Virus record (IMG/VR): IMGVR_UViG_3300026549_000001
Span: 122,569 to 186,568 of that record
Length of the DNA stretch: 64,000 bases
Reading direction: 5' to 3' (one strand)
Source: a virus
Lineage: Duplodnaviria > Heunggongvirae > Uroviricota > Caudoviricetes
The notes under the pieces were generated by a model. That model did not search any database and was not told the origin of the DNA. It saw nothing but the letters and a program-made list of their open reading frames with translations. Positions 26,128 to 35,797 of the stretch are shown here, piece by piece (within the stretch, counting starts at the first letter, position 1; every line of letters starts with the position of its first letter). The position numbers were made by a program, and so were the translations under genes.

Positions 26128-27147
26128 TTAGTTGTTAGAATAATATGCTTTTAGATACTCAATCAAAGCATCAAATGAATGGTTATTCGATTCATCTATT
26201 GTTCCATCAATTGTTTCAGGAAGAGGCTTACCGTGTATAATCACACAAACGCTTTCTGTTTTATTTTTTATATATTGTTCAACACGGCGAAGAACAGAGC
26301 TTACCATTTCGGGTTGCCAAGTATAAAGTTGGATAAGCCATCTTATCTCAAAATAATTAATGACACCTATCCCACCGCCGCGTTCCGTAATATTTTTATA
26401 ATACTTATCTGCTATACTGTCTATATCAAAGACAACCTCGCCATCGTCTACCCTGTTAGGGAGCTTTGTTACTCCATGCGAAATAACATAATCGCGGTCT
26501 AACAATTCTGTTGATACTAAATGATGACACGGTTCTGATATTTCAGTTGGAAAGGTGAAATACATATCTAAATATTCTTCCCCACCGTTATAACTAATAT
26601 CAACATTAATAGGTGAATAACAACCCAAATAAACATCCGACTTGGATTGAGTGCTGTATTTATGTCCAACAATATATTTATTGGTTTTTTTAGTGGTAGC
26701 TATGGTTTCCTTTCGGTTTGTATATTCCTTTATTTGTTCATAGAGGGGCATCTTTTCATGGTATACCCCAAGTTGTCCGTTTATGCGACAAAACCTTACA
26801 CGCATATCACACACGCCATTAGTAAATGTAGAGTGTTTAATCAATTCACATAAAATGTCTGAATTAATTCCCACATAAAATGGTGTATATCCCTCGTTTT
26901 TCATATAACAAGTCCAAAAAGATAATTTACCACCCGTTACATAAGAGGAGTTAGCTGAATCCACAATGGACAGAATAAAACCACAATTCGGAATGGATTG
27001 TTTAGAATGAGAGTGTCCACGCACAGTTGCCCAATTAAGTGCGGCTTCCTTTTGTTTTTGATTAAGGTCATCACAAACATATCCCATGCCATCGTGCCGC
27101 ATATATACAGTGATATTCTCATAAGTCGATACTGTTTTTACTTGCAT
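26128..27147 (-). CDS. hypothetical protein (339 aa)
   Basis: Long ORF, GAGG RBS. Confidence 0.7.
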   Translation of the reverse strand: MQVKTVSTYENITVYMRHDGMGYVCDDLNQKQKEAALNWATVRGHSHSKQSIPNCGFILSIVDSANSSYVTGGKLSFWTCYMKNEGYTPFYVGINSDILCELIKHSTFTNGVCDMRVRFCRINGQLGVYHEKMPLYEQIKEYTNRKETIATTKKTNKYIVGHKYSTQSKSDVYLGCYSPINVDISYNGGEEYLDMYFTFPTEISEPCHHLVSTELLDRDYVISHGVTKLPNRVDDGEVVFDIDSIADKYYKNITERGGGIGVINYFEIRWLIQLYTWQPEMVSSVLRRVEQYIKNKTESVCVIIHGKPLPETIDGTIDESNNHSFDALIEYLKAYYSNN

Positions 27148-27184
27148 CTTTTTTATACCTCTTTAATATTATTAAGATAAAAAT

Positions 27185-27286
27185 ATTCTATCACAATTTC
27201 CCCCACTTGTCAATATAGAATGAGAAAATATATAACAGTAAACTAATTTATTGGTGCTTGACAAATTCATATTATTCTGTTATAAT
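27185..27286. promoter_or_regulatory. divergent sigmaA-type promoter pair
   Basis: Minus: TTGACA-17-TAGAAT (27185-27213). Plus: TTGACA-17-TATAAT (27258-27286). Confidence 0.75.
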
Positions 27287-27319
27287 TGATATGATGAAAA
27301 ATCAATGGAGGAAAACCAA

Positions 27320-27577
27320 ATGAAAATTAAACACATTCAGCCCCATCTTGGGCATCCCGATTCTGCCGCAGACCATATTCGCGTAACGGTTATAGCACTA
27401 CACAATAATAGGCTATTTTGGGAAGGAACGGCAAAACAGTTTAGAGAAGGAACACCACTCCTCCCAAAAGTGGCAATGGCAACTCCACTTGAAGAATGGG
27501 AGGTTATTACCATCACACGGATTCCTGATGATACAATCCCTATCTACAATAGAGGTTACATCATAACAGTCGGTTAG
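27320..27577 (+). CDS. hypothetical protein, isolated plus-strand gene
   Basis: Own promoter, RBS GGAGGA before the ATG at 27320, terminator downstream. Confidence 0.7.
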   Translation: MKIKHIQPHLGHPDSAADHIRVTVIALHNNRLFWEGTAKQFREGTPLLPKVAMATPLEEWEVITITRIPDDTIPIYNRGYIITVG

Positions 27578-27607
27578 TTAGATTACAATATTATTATATA
27601 CATGATA

Positions 27608-27635
27608 ACCCTCAAAAGCTAAATGTTTTGAGGGT
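27608..27635. terminator. terminator hairpin between convergent genes
   Basis: ACCCTCAAAA...TTTTGAGGGT. Confidence 0.7.
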
Positions 27636-27644
27636 ATCTTTATT

Positions 27645-28559
27645 TTATGTCTCTAACGAAATTAACTTTTGTATATTGAGAATGGTTTTATCTAATTCAG
27701 AAGTAGAGGTGTCCATATCAGCAGAATATTCTTGTATTAATGCACGAGTTGTAATATCATCTATTGTGTGTTGAGCAGATGTATATAACTCCTCGCAAGC
27801 ATTAGTATAGGTATTTATAGTAGTTATTACATTTTCGGTTATTGTTTGTATGATAGAAGTAGTTGTCTTTTCTGTAGTACCTTTATATTGTTCATCATTT
27901 AATATTCTGCAAATTTGAAAAGATTGGGGACTAATTTTATTATTTAATCCTTTAGTCATTTCTTCAATCTGTTTAGATATACTTTTAGCAAAAGGATAGT
28001 TGTTATCTGTAAATAAACCATTAATTTTGGCACATAGAGTCCAATATTGTATATATGCGGATTTCATATTTTCTATATTAGACACAAAATCAGCGTTTGA
28101 TGGTATATTGTGAGAAAATAGAATATCATCCATTAATTCAACTATTGTAGAAAAGTCTACACTTCTATAATTATATTTTTCTATTCTCTTGCGACAGCTA
28201 ACTTGCATAAATATTCTTTTTATCGTATCAGAATAATTCAATAGTAATTTAACTGCTATTGCTAAAAAGCCAAGACCTACACAAATTAAAAGCCCCCATT
28301 TAGTTTTTGAAACTAAACTACTTGCATCATCTGAAGTAGTTATAGTCAATAAGCTAAATGAGCTTAAAATAAAAATAATTATACTCGTTAGTATTTTTGA
28401 TACACTTGCTTCTCCGTGAATATAGGCAACTGCGCTTTTAACTACCACATACACGCATATAAAAGAAAGTGTACCAAACAGAATAGCAAGCATAGGGCGC
28501 AGTGTTATAAACACATTGAGTTCATCTTGTTCTACTGCTGATGTAATTAGATTTATCAT
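27645..28559 (-). CDS. membrane protein (3 TM) with helical C-terminal domain
   Basis: Hydrophobic N-terminal third. Confidence 0.65.
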   Translation of the reverse strand: MINLITSAVEQDELNVFITLRPMLAILFGTLSFICVYVVVKSAVAYIHGEASVSKILTSIIIFILSSFSLLTITTSDDASSLVSKTKWGLLICVGLGFLAIAVKLLLNYSDTIKRIFMQVSCRKRIEKYNYRSVDFSTIVELMDDILFSHNIPSNADFVSNIENMKSAYIQYWTLCAKINGLFTDNNYPFAKSISKQIEEMTKGLNNKISPQSFQICRILNDEQYKGTTEKTTTSIIQTITENVITTINTYTNACEELYTSAQHTIDDITTRALIQEYSADMDTSTSELDKTILNIQKLISLET

Positions 28560-28909
28560 ATTAATTTTCCCCTCAATAATTTCTTCAATTTCTTATGATT
28601 GTTATGCACTAACATTATATTATTACAACTACATAACAAGCGATTTAACATTGCCATACAATTAGTAATAATTAATAATTGTATTTGTGGATTCTTTATT
28701 TCTTGTGACTGTATGTATGTCATTAGAGAGTTACCTTCATCTAATAATTGATTACCTTGTTTTTGTAAAACGCTAATAGTGGGAACTACAAACGGGTTAG
28801 AAACATCTTTGCTTTCTTCTAACCATTCAGCAAATAGTTCTTGTAACCTCATAGTTTCCTTTTGGAAATTATCTATTTTATTTTTTAATTGATAATCTAT
28901 TGTCAACAT
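28556..28909 (-). CDS. hypothetical helical protein
   Basis: ORF track. Confidence 0.55.
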   Translation of the reverse strand: MLTIDYQLKNKIDNFQKETMRLQELFAEWLEESKDVSNPFVVPTISVLQKQGNQLLDEGNSLMTYIQSQEIKNPQIQLLIITNCMAMLNRLLCSCNNIMLVHNNHKKLKKLLRGKLI

Positions 28910-28948
28910 ACATTAACCATTAATTGTTTTTAAGCGCACATTGTCATT

Positions 28949-29740
28949 TTATACACTATATCTAAAAGTGATATACCAATCAATAAAACTCCGCAAGTCA
29001 TTAAATTGTTTATCTATATGTTGATGATACGGTGCGCGACCAACATAAGATTCTTCCATATTGAATATAATTTTTCGAGAATCGGATATATCTATATTAT
29101 GTTTAACTATATTCCAAAGTGATTCACAATATTTTTGCCAATAATAAGACCACCATTTTTTCCCAGTTAACAACTTACCGCCAAAATTAAAGTAAGGTTG
29201 ACAACGCTTATGGAGGGGTGTAGAGTACCCCGCCGCACCCGCTTTTGGAAGTACAAAATAAGATAAATCTATTAAATTAATTAAATTAGGCAAATAAGAT
29301 AATCTTGTATTAACTAATGTTACTGTATCTGTCAGCATATTATGGTTATTCTCAACTTCTCCCAAATCTTCAACCATTACTTTTTTAATAGAACCCATAG
29401 TTGGAAGTTTAAATACGCTTTCAACTATATTAGGAGAAAAATCACATTCAAAAAGTAAGCAGTCATTTATAAGTTTACCATATCCATATATAGAAACCCA
29501 TTCATTGTAGCTACACCACTTCAAAGTAAGCGTTACTTCTGTACTGTTTACATTTTGTAAAGATATAATTGGAAATCGAGTTGCATCTTTTAGTAGTATT
29601 CCAAACGGTTGAATTGTTGCTTTCAATCTCTCATCATCAGTCGTAATTATCTCCACCGAGTATTGTTGATTCATCTTTTCAATGTTACAACCATCATACT
29701 GTATATACATAAATGACTCCATTAAAAACTCTTTTAACAA
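28949..29740 (-). CDS. hypothetical protein, paralogue of 29953-31002
   Basis: Shared QPFG, YLPNLINLID, YCxxLWxIVK, DSRxII, FxDLxSFIxWYIxFRY. Confidence 0.7.
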   Translation of the reverse strand: MLKEFLMESFMYIQYDGCNIEKMNQQYSVEIITTDDERLKATIQPFGILLKDATRFPIISLQNVNSTEVTLTLKWCSYNEWVSIYGYGKLINDCLLFECDFSPNIVESVFKLPTMGSIKKVMVEDLGEVENNHNMLTDTVTLVNTRLSYLPNLINLIDLSYFVLPKAGAAGYSTPLHKRCQPYFNFGGKLLTGKKWWSYYWQKYCESLWNIVKHNIDISDSRKIIFNMEESYVGRAPYHQHIDKQFNDLRSFIDWYITFRYSV

Positions 29741-29752
29741 TTAGCATATTTT

Positions 29753-29905
29753 TTAAACCTCGTGGTTAAACAAAAGCTTGATTAAAGTAAACAAGAAGCC
29801 GCCAGGATAATCTTTGAAACGAAAATAAGCATAAAATATGAGAAGATTTAAACCGACATAGCAAATTAAAATAATGATAAGTTGAAAAGTAGATAAGTGT
29901 TTCAT
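29753..29905 (-). CDS. 50-aa membrane peptide
   Basis: Not in the track. MKHLSTFQLIIILICYVGLNLLIFYAYFRFKDYPGGFLFTLIKLLFNHEV; RBS GGGAG; fills the gap. Confidence 0.5.
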   Translation of the reverse strand: MKHLSTFQLIIILICYVGLNLLIFYAYFRFKDYPGGFLFTLIKLLFNHEV

Positions 29906-29952
29906 AAAATACTCCCAATAAATCAGTTAAAGCTAAAAAACACTTTTAACAA

Positions 29953-31002
29953 TTATATTGAACGGCTAAATTCCAAATATCTGAAATTAATATACCATTC
30001 AATAAAACTCTGCAAATCATCAAACGATTCTTCTATCCGTTGACTAAATATGCTATGAGGCTCATTCTTGAAGAGTGGCTCTGATTTGACTATTATTCTT
30101 CTGGAATCTGTTACACATAGATTTTCCTTAACAATATCCCAAAGCAAACTACAATAGGCTTTCCAATCTTTTAAACTGTCATGTGTTCTTTTCGGTAGTT
30201 TTGATATAAATGGAAAGTATGATGAATAACACTTGTACTGCTCACTGGTATAAGTATCGCCCTCCCACGGATTTAACCAACCTGACACATCAATTAAATT
30301 AATAAGATTAGGTAAATATAATAAACTTCTATTTACTGCGGCTGTTGTAGACAATAGCATATTTCTTTTATGCTTATTTTCACCTAATTTCTCAAACTCC
30401 CCTAAATATTCAAATCCAACTTTTACCACTTCGCCCCATGAAGATTGATGTTGTTTACATAAACAGTCTTTAATATCTTCCCGACAATCGTAACAATGAA
30501 AAATTAAGCCATCTCTTGTGACTTCCCCGAATCCAAAGAGTGCATAATAATCACTACAATCATTTTGAGGATATGTAAATTTAAGTGTTATTTCGGCATC
30601 GTTAATATCTGATAACGCAACTAATGGGCGATAATGGCGTTTAAAGATTTTTCCAAAGGGTTGCACTATAATAGTGTTCACTTCATTAACATCGTTTAAC
30701 ACATGAGTTGCAACAAGTGTGTTCATTTGGTGATAATCCATATTAAATACGAACTTTTTATAAAGATTGTCAAAACTATTTCTAATACAAAGGTTAAGGG
30801 CTTTCTCTAAATAGTTTTCACAAAACTTGTCGCGGAGGCTCAAATAATTTTGAAAGACTATCTGCTCTTCCTCTTTAATGGATGCAGTTGAATTTCCTAC
30901 AAGAGCGTAAGCATCTAAAACAGCTTGGAATGAATTATACATCTCCTGTTTAAGTTGGTCGGCGCAAAAGTTACTCATTCTTTTTCCTCTCCGCTCGTAC
31001 AA
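29953..31002 (-). CDS. hypothetical protein, paralogue of 28949-29740
   Basis: See paralogue. Confidence 0.7.
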   Translation of the reverse strand: MYERRGKRMSNFCADQLKQEMYNSFQAVLDAYALVGNSTASIKEEEQIVFQNYLSLRDKFCENYLEKALNLCIRNSFDNLYKKFVFNMDYHQMNTLVATHVLNDVNEVNTIIVQPFGKIFKRHYRPLVALSDINDAEITLKFTYPQNDCSDYYALFGFGEVTRDGLIFHCYDCREDIKDCLCKQHQSSWGEVVKVGFEYLGEFEKLGENKHKRNMLLSTTAAVNRSLLYLPNLINLIDVSGWLNPWEGDTYTSEQYKCYSSYFPFISKLPKRTHDSLKDWKAYCSLLWDIVKENLCVTDSRRIIVKSEPLFKNEPHSIFSQRIEESFDDLQSFIEWYINFRYLEFSRSI

Positions 31003-32083
31003 TTTGGGGAATAATCATATTTGCTTTGTGTACCCAAATATGTTGTCCTAAAAAAGGATTCTCCCCTAACAAAGATTTCATAATGGTTAAGTTGTGTAAT
31101 GAGGCTCGTGATACGATTGTACCGTCAATGTTGACAGGCTTAAATATAGCAACAGGAGTAATAATACCTGTCTTACCAACAGACCATTCTATATCTAAAA
31201 GAGTTGTTTCATATTCTTCATCATAAGTCTTAAAAGCAAATGCACCTAAAAATCCGTGGTTATTTGAACCCATAGACTGATAAACAGAACTATAATTATA
31301 TCTATACACAAAACCATCAATCGGATAATTTTTGTCCTTCGCTACGGCGGCTAATCTATGTTGTTCTTCCTCTATATTATGTATATCAGCAAAAGAAAAA
31401 GGAACAACTTCAAATCCCAAATACTTCAATTCAGCCAGTTTATTATTATAATCTGCGTTAGAAGATATTAAATCCCACGCAATAAAGGACAGATTTCTTT
31501 TACGGCTTTCATTACTGTCTAAAAGCCTAATACTACCCGATGCAAAATTGCGCGGGTGTTTATATTCTGTACTAAATGGTTCAAAATCATTATACTTGCA
31601 AATGATTTCTCCATCTACAATTGTCTGTTGAGTCGTGTTAATCTTTTTAGGTATATTCTTCACCACAAGGGCATTATGGGTAATATCTTCTCCTACAACC
31701 CCATTTCCCCGTGTTTCTGCCCTTACAAGGTTTCCACTTTCATTATATAAAAGAGAAACGGTGAGTCCATCCATTTTGAGAGAAACCACGGCGGAGCTTT
31801 TTTTAAGCCACTCTCTTAATACAGATATATCTTTGGTTTTATCTAAAGATAACATGGGGTGGTTGTGTGTAACCTTTTTGAGTGCAGTCACAGCATCATA
31901 ACGAACGCCACTTATAGGAGAATTAGGATGACTATACCCTGTCTCTTTTTCATATTGTTCACATTCCCAATAAAGGTCATCCCACTCTTTATCAGATATT
32001 ATGGGAGTTCCTTCATCATATAATCTGTTATAATAAATTAGCTGTTCTATTTTTTTATTATACTCTGCTTCCGTCAACTTCAT
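30971..32083 (-). CDS. ligA: NAD-dependent DNA ligase, N-terminal half (domain Ia, adenylation, OB)
   Basis: ISDKEWDDL, HPMLSLDK, motif I LKMDGL, TRGNG..GEDIT, DGEII, PRNFASGS, IDGFV, VGKTGIITPVA, RASLHN, KANMIIPQI; stops before the Zn finger. Confidence 0.92.
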   Translation of the reverse strand: MKLTEAEYNKKIEQLIYYNRLYDEGTPIISDKEWDDLYWECEQYEKETGYSHPNSPISGVRYDAVTALKKVTHNHPMLSLDKTKDISVLREWLKKSSAVVSLKMDGLTVSLLYNESGNLVRAETRGNGVVGEDITHNALVVKNIPKKINTTQQTIVDGEIICKYNDFEPFSTEYKHPRNFASGSIRLLDSNESRKRNLSFIAWDLISSNADYNNKLAELKYLGFEVVPFSFADIHNIEEEQHRLAAVAKDKNYPIDGFVYRYNYSSVYQSMGSNNHGFLGAFAFKTYDEEYETTLLDIEWSVGKTGIITPVAIFKPVNIDGTIVSRASLHNLTIMKSLLGENPFLGQHIWVHKANMIIPQIVRAERKKNE

Positions 32084-32342
32084 AAAAAATAGCTCCCATA
32101 TTATTCCAAGTTATGCTAATATTATGTTTATTAAAATAGTCTGTAACAAACTGTTTGCCTATTTCATCTAATATCAATTTAGTGTCCGCTAATATATATG
32201 ATATAGAACTTGGAACAACCTCACAACTAATAATATCAGAATAATAACCATTAAAAATCGTATGAGGTTGTATTCTACAAATTGCTCCACACTTTTCAAA
32301 ATGTGCGTTCAACTCTCTGATGTGTCTGTCAGTAATATTCAT
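32058..32342 (-). CDS. hypothetical protein
   Basis: ORF track. Confidence 0.55.
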   Translation of the reverse strand: MNITDRHIRELNAHFEKCGAICRIQPHTIFNGYYSDIISCEVVPSSISYILADTKLILDEIGKQFVTDYFNKHNISITWNNMGAIFYEVDGSRV

Positions 32343-32363
32343 ATATTATACCCTATTATGGTT

Positions 32364-32681
32364 TCATTGATAAGTAGAAAAGTCCCACTGATGATTTTTA
32401 TATATACCCCTAATAAAAATTTTAGTTCCAGGAGCAGCGACCATTACGCTAAACATAAATGAGAAATTGTCTTGTTCTTCAAAAACTTCCGCATGAAGTA
32501 AAATATTAGGGGAATTCGTAGTTGCTATGATACCACCAAGTTCTCCAAGCTCAAACTTATTTACAGTAATTGTTGTATTAAAATAACTTTCTAAATATTT
32601 TATAAATGGAGTAATATCTATAGTATTTACTATTTTTACTTTTGTTTGCTTACTCTCTTCTACAAATGCTACAATATTCAT
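32364..32681 (-). CDS. hypothetical protein
   Basis: ORF track. Confidence 0.55.
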   Translation of the reverse strand: MNIVAFVEESKQTKVKIVNTIDITPFIKYLESYFNTTITVNKFELGELGGIIATTNSPNILLHAEVFEEQDNFSFMFSVMVAAPGTKIFIRGIYKNHQWDFSTYQ

Positions 32682-32693
32682 ATATCAGTCTCC

Positions 32694-33143
32694 TTATGAA
32701 TGGGATTGCTTTTTCTTTTTAGCTTTTATTGCATCGTCCCATTCTGAAATAAAATAAAGAGTAGTAACAAAGCACACAAATATAGGGATAAATAGCAAAA
32801 GAAACAGTAGATTTTGATTGGGATTCACATAAACTATATCGCCTACTGCTAAATTTTTAGCATCCTCATAATCTACAACAACAGTCTCATACTTTTCTTT
32901 GGCAATAAGAGTGTATGTTGATGAATCATCTAATGTTAGTGTAATATCTCCGTATTTGGGATTATATGTGTTACTACTTATAGTAGTAATGTGCCGCTCC
33001 ACACTATTAGTTCTTGGTATAAGAGTAAGAAAACCATTACCAATATAGGTTGGGTTAATTATATTAGAAATTACTCCAAAAATTGATAGTATTAATACTA
33101 ATGCAGATAAAATAGTAATTATTCTAATAGTGTGAAGTTTCAT
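32694..33143 (-). CDS. membrane protein (2 TM)
   Basis: Hydrophobic N- and C-terminal segments. Confidence 0.6.
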   Translation of the reverse strand: MKLHTIRIITILSALVLILSIFGVISNIINPTYIGNGFLTLIPRTNSVERHITTISSNTYNPKYGDITLTLDDSSTYTLIAKEKYETVVVDYEDAKNLAVGDIVYVNPNQNLLFLLLFIPIFVCFVTTLYFISEWDDAIKAKKKKQSHS

Positions 33144-33164
33144 TATACTTATTACCCCTCTTAC

Positions 33165-33797
33165 TTATTCGTTTGCTAAAATTTTGCCCAACTTAATAAG
33201 ATAATTAAGATGCGTAACTTGTTCTGCGACCGTGCCATTATGATTAGTTACAGGCGAGGTTGCACAACAAAAAGAGTTCGTACACTTGAAATAGGCATCA
33301 AACCCATAAGGTTTTACCATTTCTGCCCCACAATAAGGGCAATATACTTTTTCTAACTCATAGTTAATATATTCATCAAAGTCGAAATAAACATCTGCTT
33401 CAATAAGAAGAGAATTACTATGTCTCGGTATTTCTTCGCAAACCCCAACGACTCTTGCCATATTAATATTAAAATATAAATATTTAACAATATTTTGATG
33501 AGAATTAATGTTCCCCATAATTCTTGCAACGGTGTCAGAAGAATATAATTCTGTTGCAAGAGCTTCGATATTTTGAATTATCTCCTTTATTTCTTCTTTT
33601 GTTAGATTATTCAAGGCATTTCTCAAACACATTGAATAATCCTTACTATCCGTTATAAGGGGGTTTTTTTTCTTAATTTTTAATGTAAACACAATGGGTA
33701 ACTTGGGAGTTGCTTCACTACAATCAGCGCAAATAATCCCCCCATGTATGCCCCAATTCTCACAATTACAGTTCGGGTTTTGTTCACAACAAGTCAT
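33165..33797 (-). CDS. hypothetical protein with zinc-ribbon motifs
   Basis: CADC and CPYCG...CTNSFC. Confidence 0.6.
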   Translation of the reverse strand: MTCCEQNPNCNCENWGIHGGIICADCSEATPKLPIVFTLKIKKKNPLITDSKDYSMCLRNALNNLTKEEIKEIIQNIEALATELYSSDTVARIMGNINSHQNIVKYLYFNINMARVVGVCEEIPRHSNSLLIEADVYFDFDEYINYELEKVYCPYCGAEMVKPYGFDAYFKCTNSFCCATSPVTNHNGTVAEQVTHLNYLIKLGKILANE

Positions 33798-34069
33798 TTA
33801 TATTTCCTCTCTTCATAATAGTCTTTACGCGGCACTCTGCTACAAAATATACAGGGATGCAAGTCCGCATAAAAACGAATATATTTACAACCTTTACAAG
33901 CGGCGGGAGCAATCTTTTCATACAAATATATAGCAGTTTCGATATAGGGTAGCCCCCATTTATCTAATAGCTGTTCAAAATCCTCTCCATCTATATTGAG
34001 AGATTTATTCATCATCAGAGGAACAATGTATTCCTCGACTATATTTTGTTGTTTAGTGGTTAGTGCCAT
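33794..34069 (-). CDS. small Cys-rich protein, paralogue of 19516-19821
   Basis: CKGC...HPCIFCSR...KDYY. Confidence 0.6.
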   Translation of the reverse strand: MALTTKQQNIVEEYIVPLMMNKSLNIDGEDFEQLLDKWGLPYIETAIYLYEKIAPAACKGCKYIRFYADLHPCIFCSRVPRKDYYEERKYK

Positions 34070-34105
34070 TTTATATTCCCCTTTTGTAACATATAGATTC
34101 CACCG

Positions 34106-34624
34106 TTAATATGACTTCATAACTGTAATAGTGCCGTCTATAAGGTAATCTATAAAATCGGAAATATACCAAGAATCTCTTTTCATTACTCCATCTTCAG
34201 GATTAGAACATTCCAACTCAATCTTATATTGGTTAATTATCTTGTATCGCCTTTCAGTAATGTGACATATCTTTTTCACAGTTTTATCGCGGTCATACAG
34301 AAGACACCCAGTTGCCATTGGAACGGAAAATTTCAACGAGGTAATACCTTCTGTAAGTATCATTCTTACAAAGGGGTCTTCCAATTCGTGATACCTACAA
34401 CGCTCTCCTTTAACATCTTCAACCAAAGCATTAAACTCATCACAAGTGATTTTCTTGGGTTGAGCCAAACATACAGTTGTCCCTTCCCAAATAAAAGCGG
34501 GTTCGGGACTAGTGCGTACAAAATCACAATCCACCCATTCATGAGTGTCAACATCCAAAACGGACACGCCACAAGCAAGCCGACATACGGTATAATCTTT
34601 TCCGTTAATATCATAAGTAAGCAT
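34106..34624 (-). CDS. hypothetical protein, paralogue of 47122-47667
   Basis: Shared TYxINGxDY, MxLTEGxxxLKFSVP, CHI, GTIxxMK. Confidence 0.7.
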   Translation of the reverse strand: MLTYDINGKDYTVCRLACGVSVLDVDTHEWVDCDFVRTSPEPAFIWEGTTVCLAQPKKITCDEFNALVEDVKGERCRYHELEDPFVRMILTEGITSLKFSVPMATGCLLYDRDKTVKKICHITERRYKIINQYKIELECSNPEDGVMKRDSWYISDFIDYLIDGTITVMKSY

Positions 34625-34840
34625 AGTAAATCCTCCGTTTTTTTTTAGATTACAACATTATTATAATCTATTTTAAAGAAAAAGTCAACATAAATAAAGC
34701 ATTTCAAATAAATATATTCACTCTATCATAATAATATATTTTCTTGTGTTGAAGGTAGGACTACTCTTATTTATATTCTATATCTTATTGACAATGAGCA
34801 TAATTTCAAAACAAAGATATTATATTCTTATATATCATAA

Positions 34841-35554
34841 CTAATTTTCAAAATATCCACTATTTAGAGCAGTTTTGATTATATTTTCTACTGTTTTCCA
34901 GTCAACATCTGTACTGCCTATTCCCGCCTTATCTGTATCTCTTGCTATTCTGCCTGTATGACAAAAATCGGAAGCACATATAACGGGAACATTACTCTTA
35001 AACAGCTCCTTTTTATCTTTGAGAGAAAGTTTATTAAAAGCCTCTTTTGTGCGGGATAAAATAGTATCTGTTGAATCTTCTATCAACTTTATATATTCTT
35101 CATCAGTTAAAGCCATTACTTCTTCTTTAGAAGAAATACTCGCTCTAAAACAAGGATGCTCCCCTAATTCCATATCATCTTCTCTTTGCCTGCTGAAAAA
35201 TCTCAAAACAAACTTATAAAGGTTTTCAATGTCATCATCTTTTAAATATCCTGTAAACTCCATAGGATGCAGATATACATAAGAAGAGTTATCTATTCCT
35301 TTGATAGTATTACAACTTCCCTTAAAGTTACTATAAGCAAAGTTTACAGGAACACTAAAAATTTCGTTCATTTCACTATGAATTTTTTCTATCATTTCTT
35401 CAAATAGCTTTAACAACGATGAGTTGTAATATCCAACTCCCCAACCATAAAAACCCTCAATACCAATCCTAAACTTCTTATATTCAGAAACAGCATTAGT
35501 GCTAACAACTCCACGGTAGTTTATCATGTTTACCATATATATAATCCTCCACAA
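34841..35554 (-). CDS. hypothetical protein
   Basis: ORF track. Confidence 0.6.
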   Translation of the reverse strand: MWRIIYMVNMINYRGVVSTNAVSEYKKFRIGIEGFYGWGVGYYNSSLLKLFEEMIEKIHSEMNEIFSVPVNFAYSNFKGSCNTIKGIDNSSYVYLHPMEFTGYLKDDDIENLYKFVLRFFSRQREDDMELGEHPCFRASISSKEEVMALTDEEYIKLIEDSTDTILSRTKEAFNKLSLKDKKELFKSNVPVICASDFCHTGRIARDTDKAGIGSTDVDWKTVENIIKTALNSGYFEN

Positions 35555-35605
35555 TTTTTTTAGACAATTTTTTATTATTATTTTTTACTCATCATCTAAC
35601 ATCAT

Positions 35606-35689
35606 TCATTATTCATTATTCATTATTCATTATTCATTATTCATTATTCATTATTCATTATTCATTATTTGTTATTCATTATTTGTTAC
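35606..35689. repeat. heptamer tandem repeat (TCATTAT)n
   Basis: 9 perfect copies at 35606-35668, then TTGTTAT, TCATTAT, TTGTTAC. Confidence 0.95.
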
Positions 35690-35763
35690 ATATTTTATTG
35701 TTATATTGTTATATTGTTATACTATATTTTTGTTATTTTATTATTCATCAATATTATAGTATA

Positions 35764-35787
35764 CCAATAATAGGGGGGAGATGTTTG
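35764..35787. repeat. 24-bp motif, exact inverted copy at 46480-46503, related copy at 46793-46817
   Basis: CCAATAATAGGGGGGAGATGTTTG. Confidence 0.9.
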
Positions 35788-35797
35788 GGGAAAAGAA

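Noticed and set aside
24703-32083. Split-intein trans-splicing of the ligA halves
   Set aside because: No HINT blocks, no Cys/Ser start after the N-half and no HN/HQ end before the C-half.
35526-35759. 77-aa ORF with IIHYSLF repeats; possible CRISPR reading of the array
   Set aside because: It is a translation of the heptamer repeat; there are no unique spacers and the units are too short for CRISPR.
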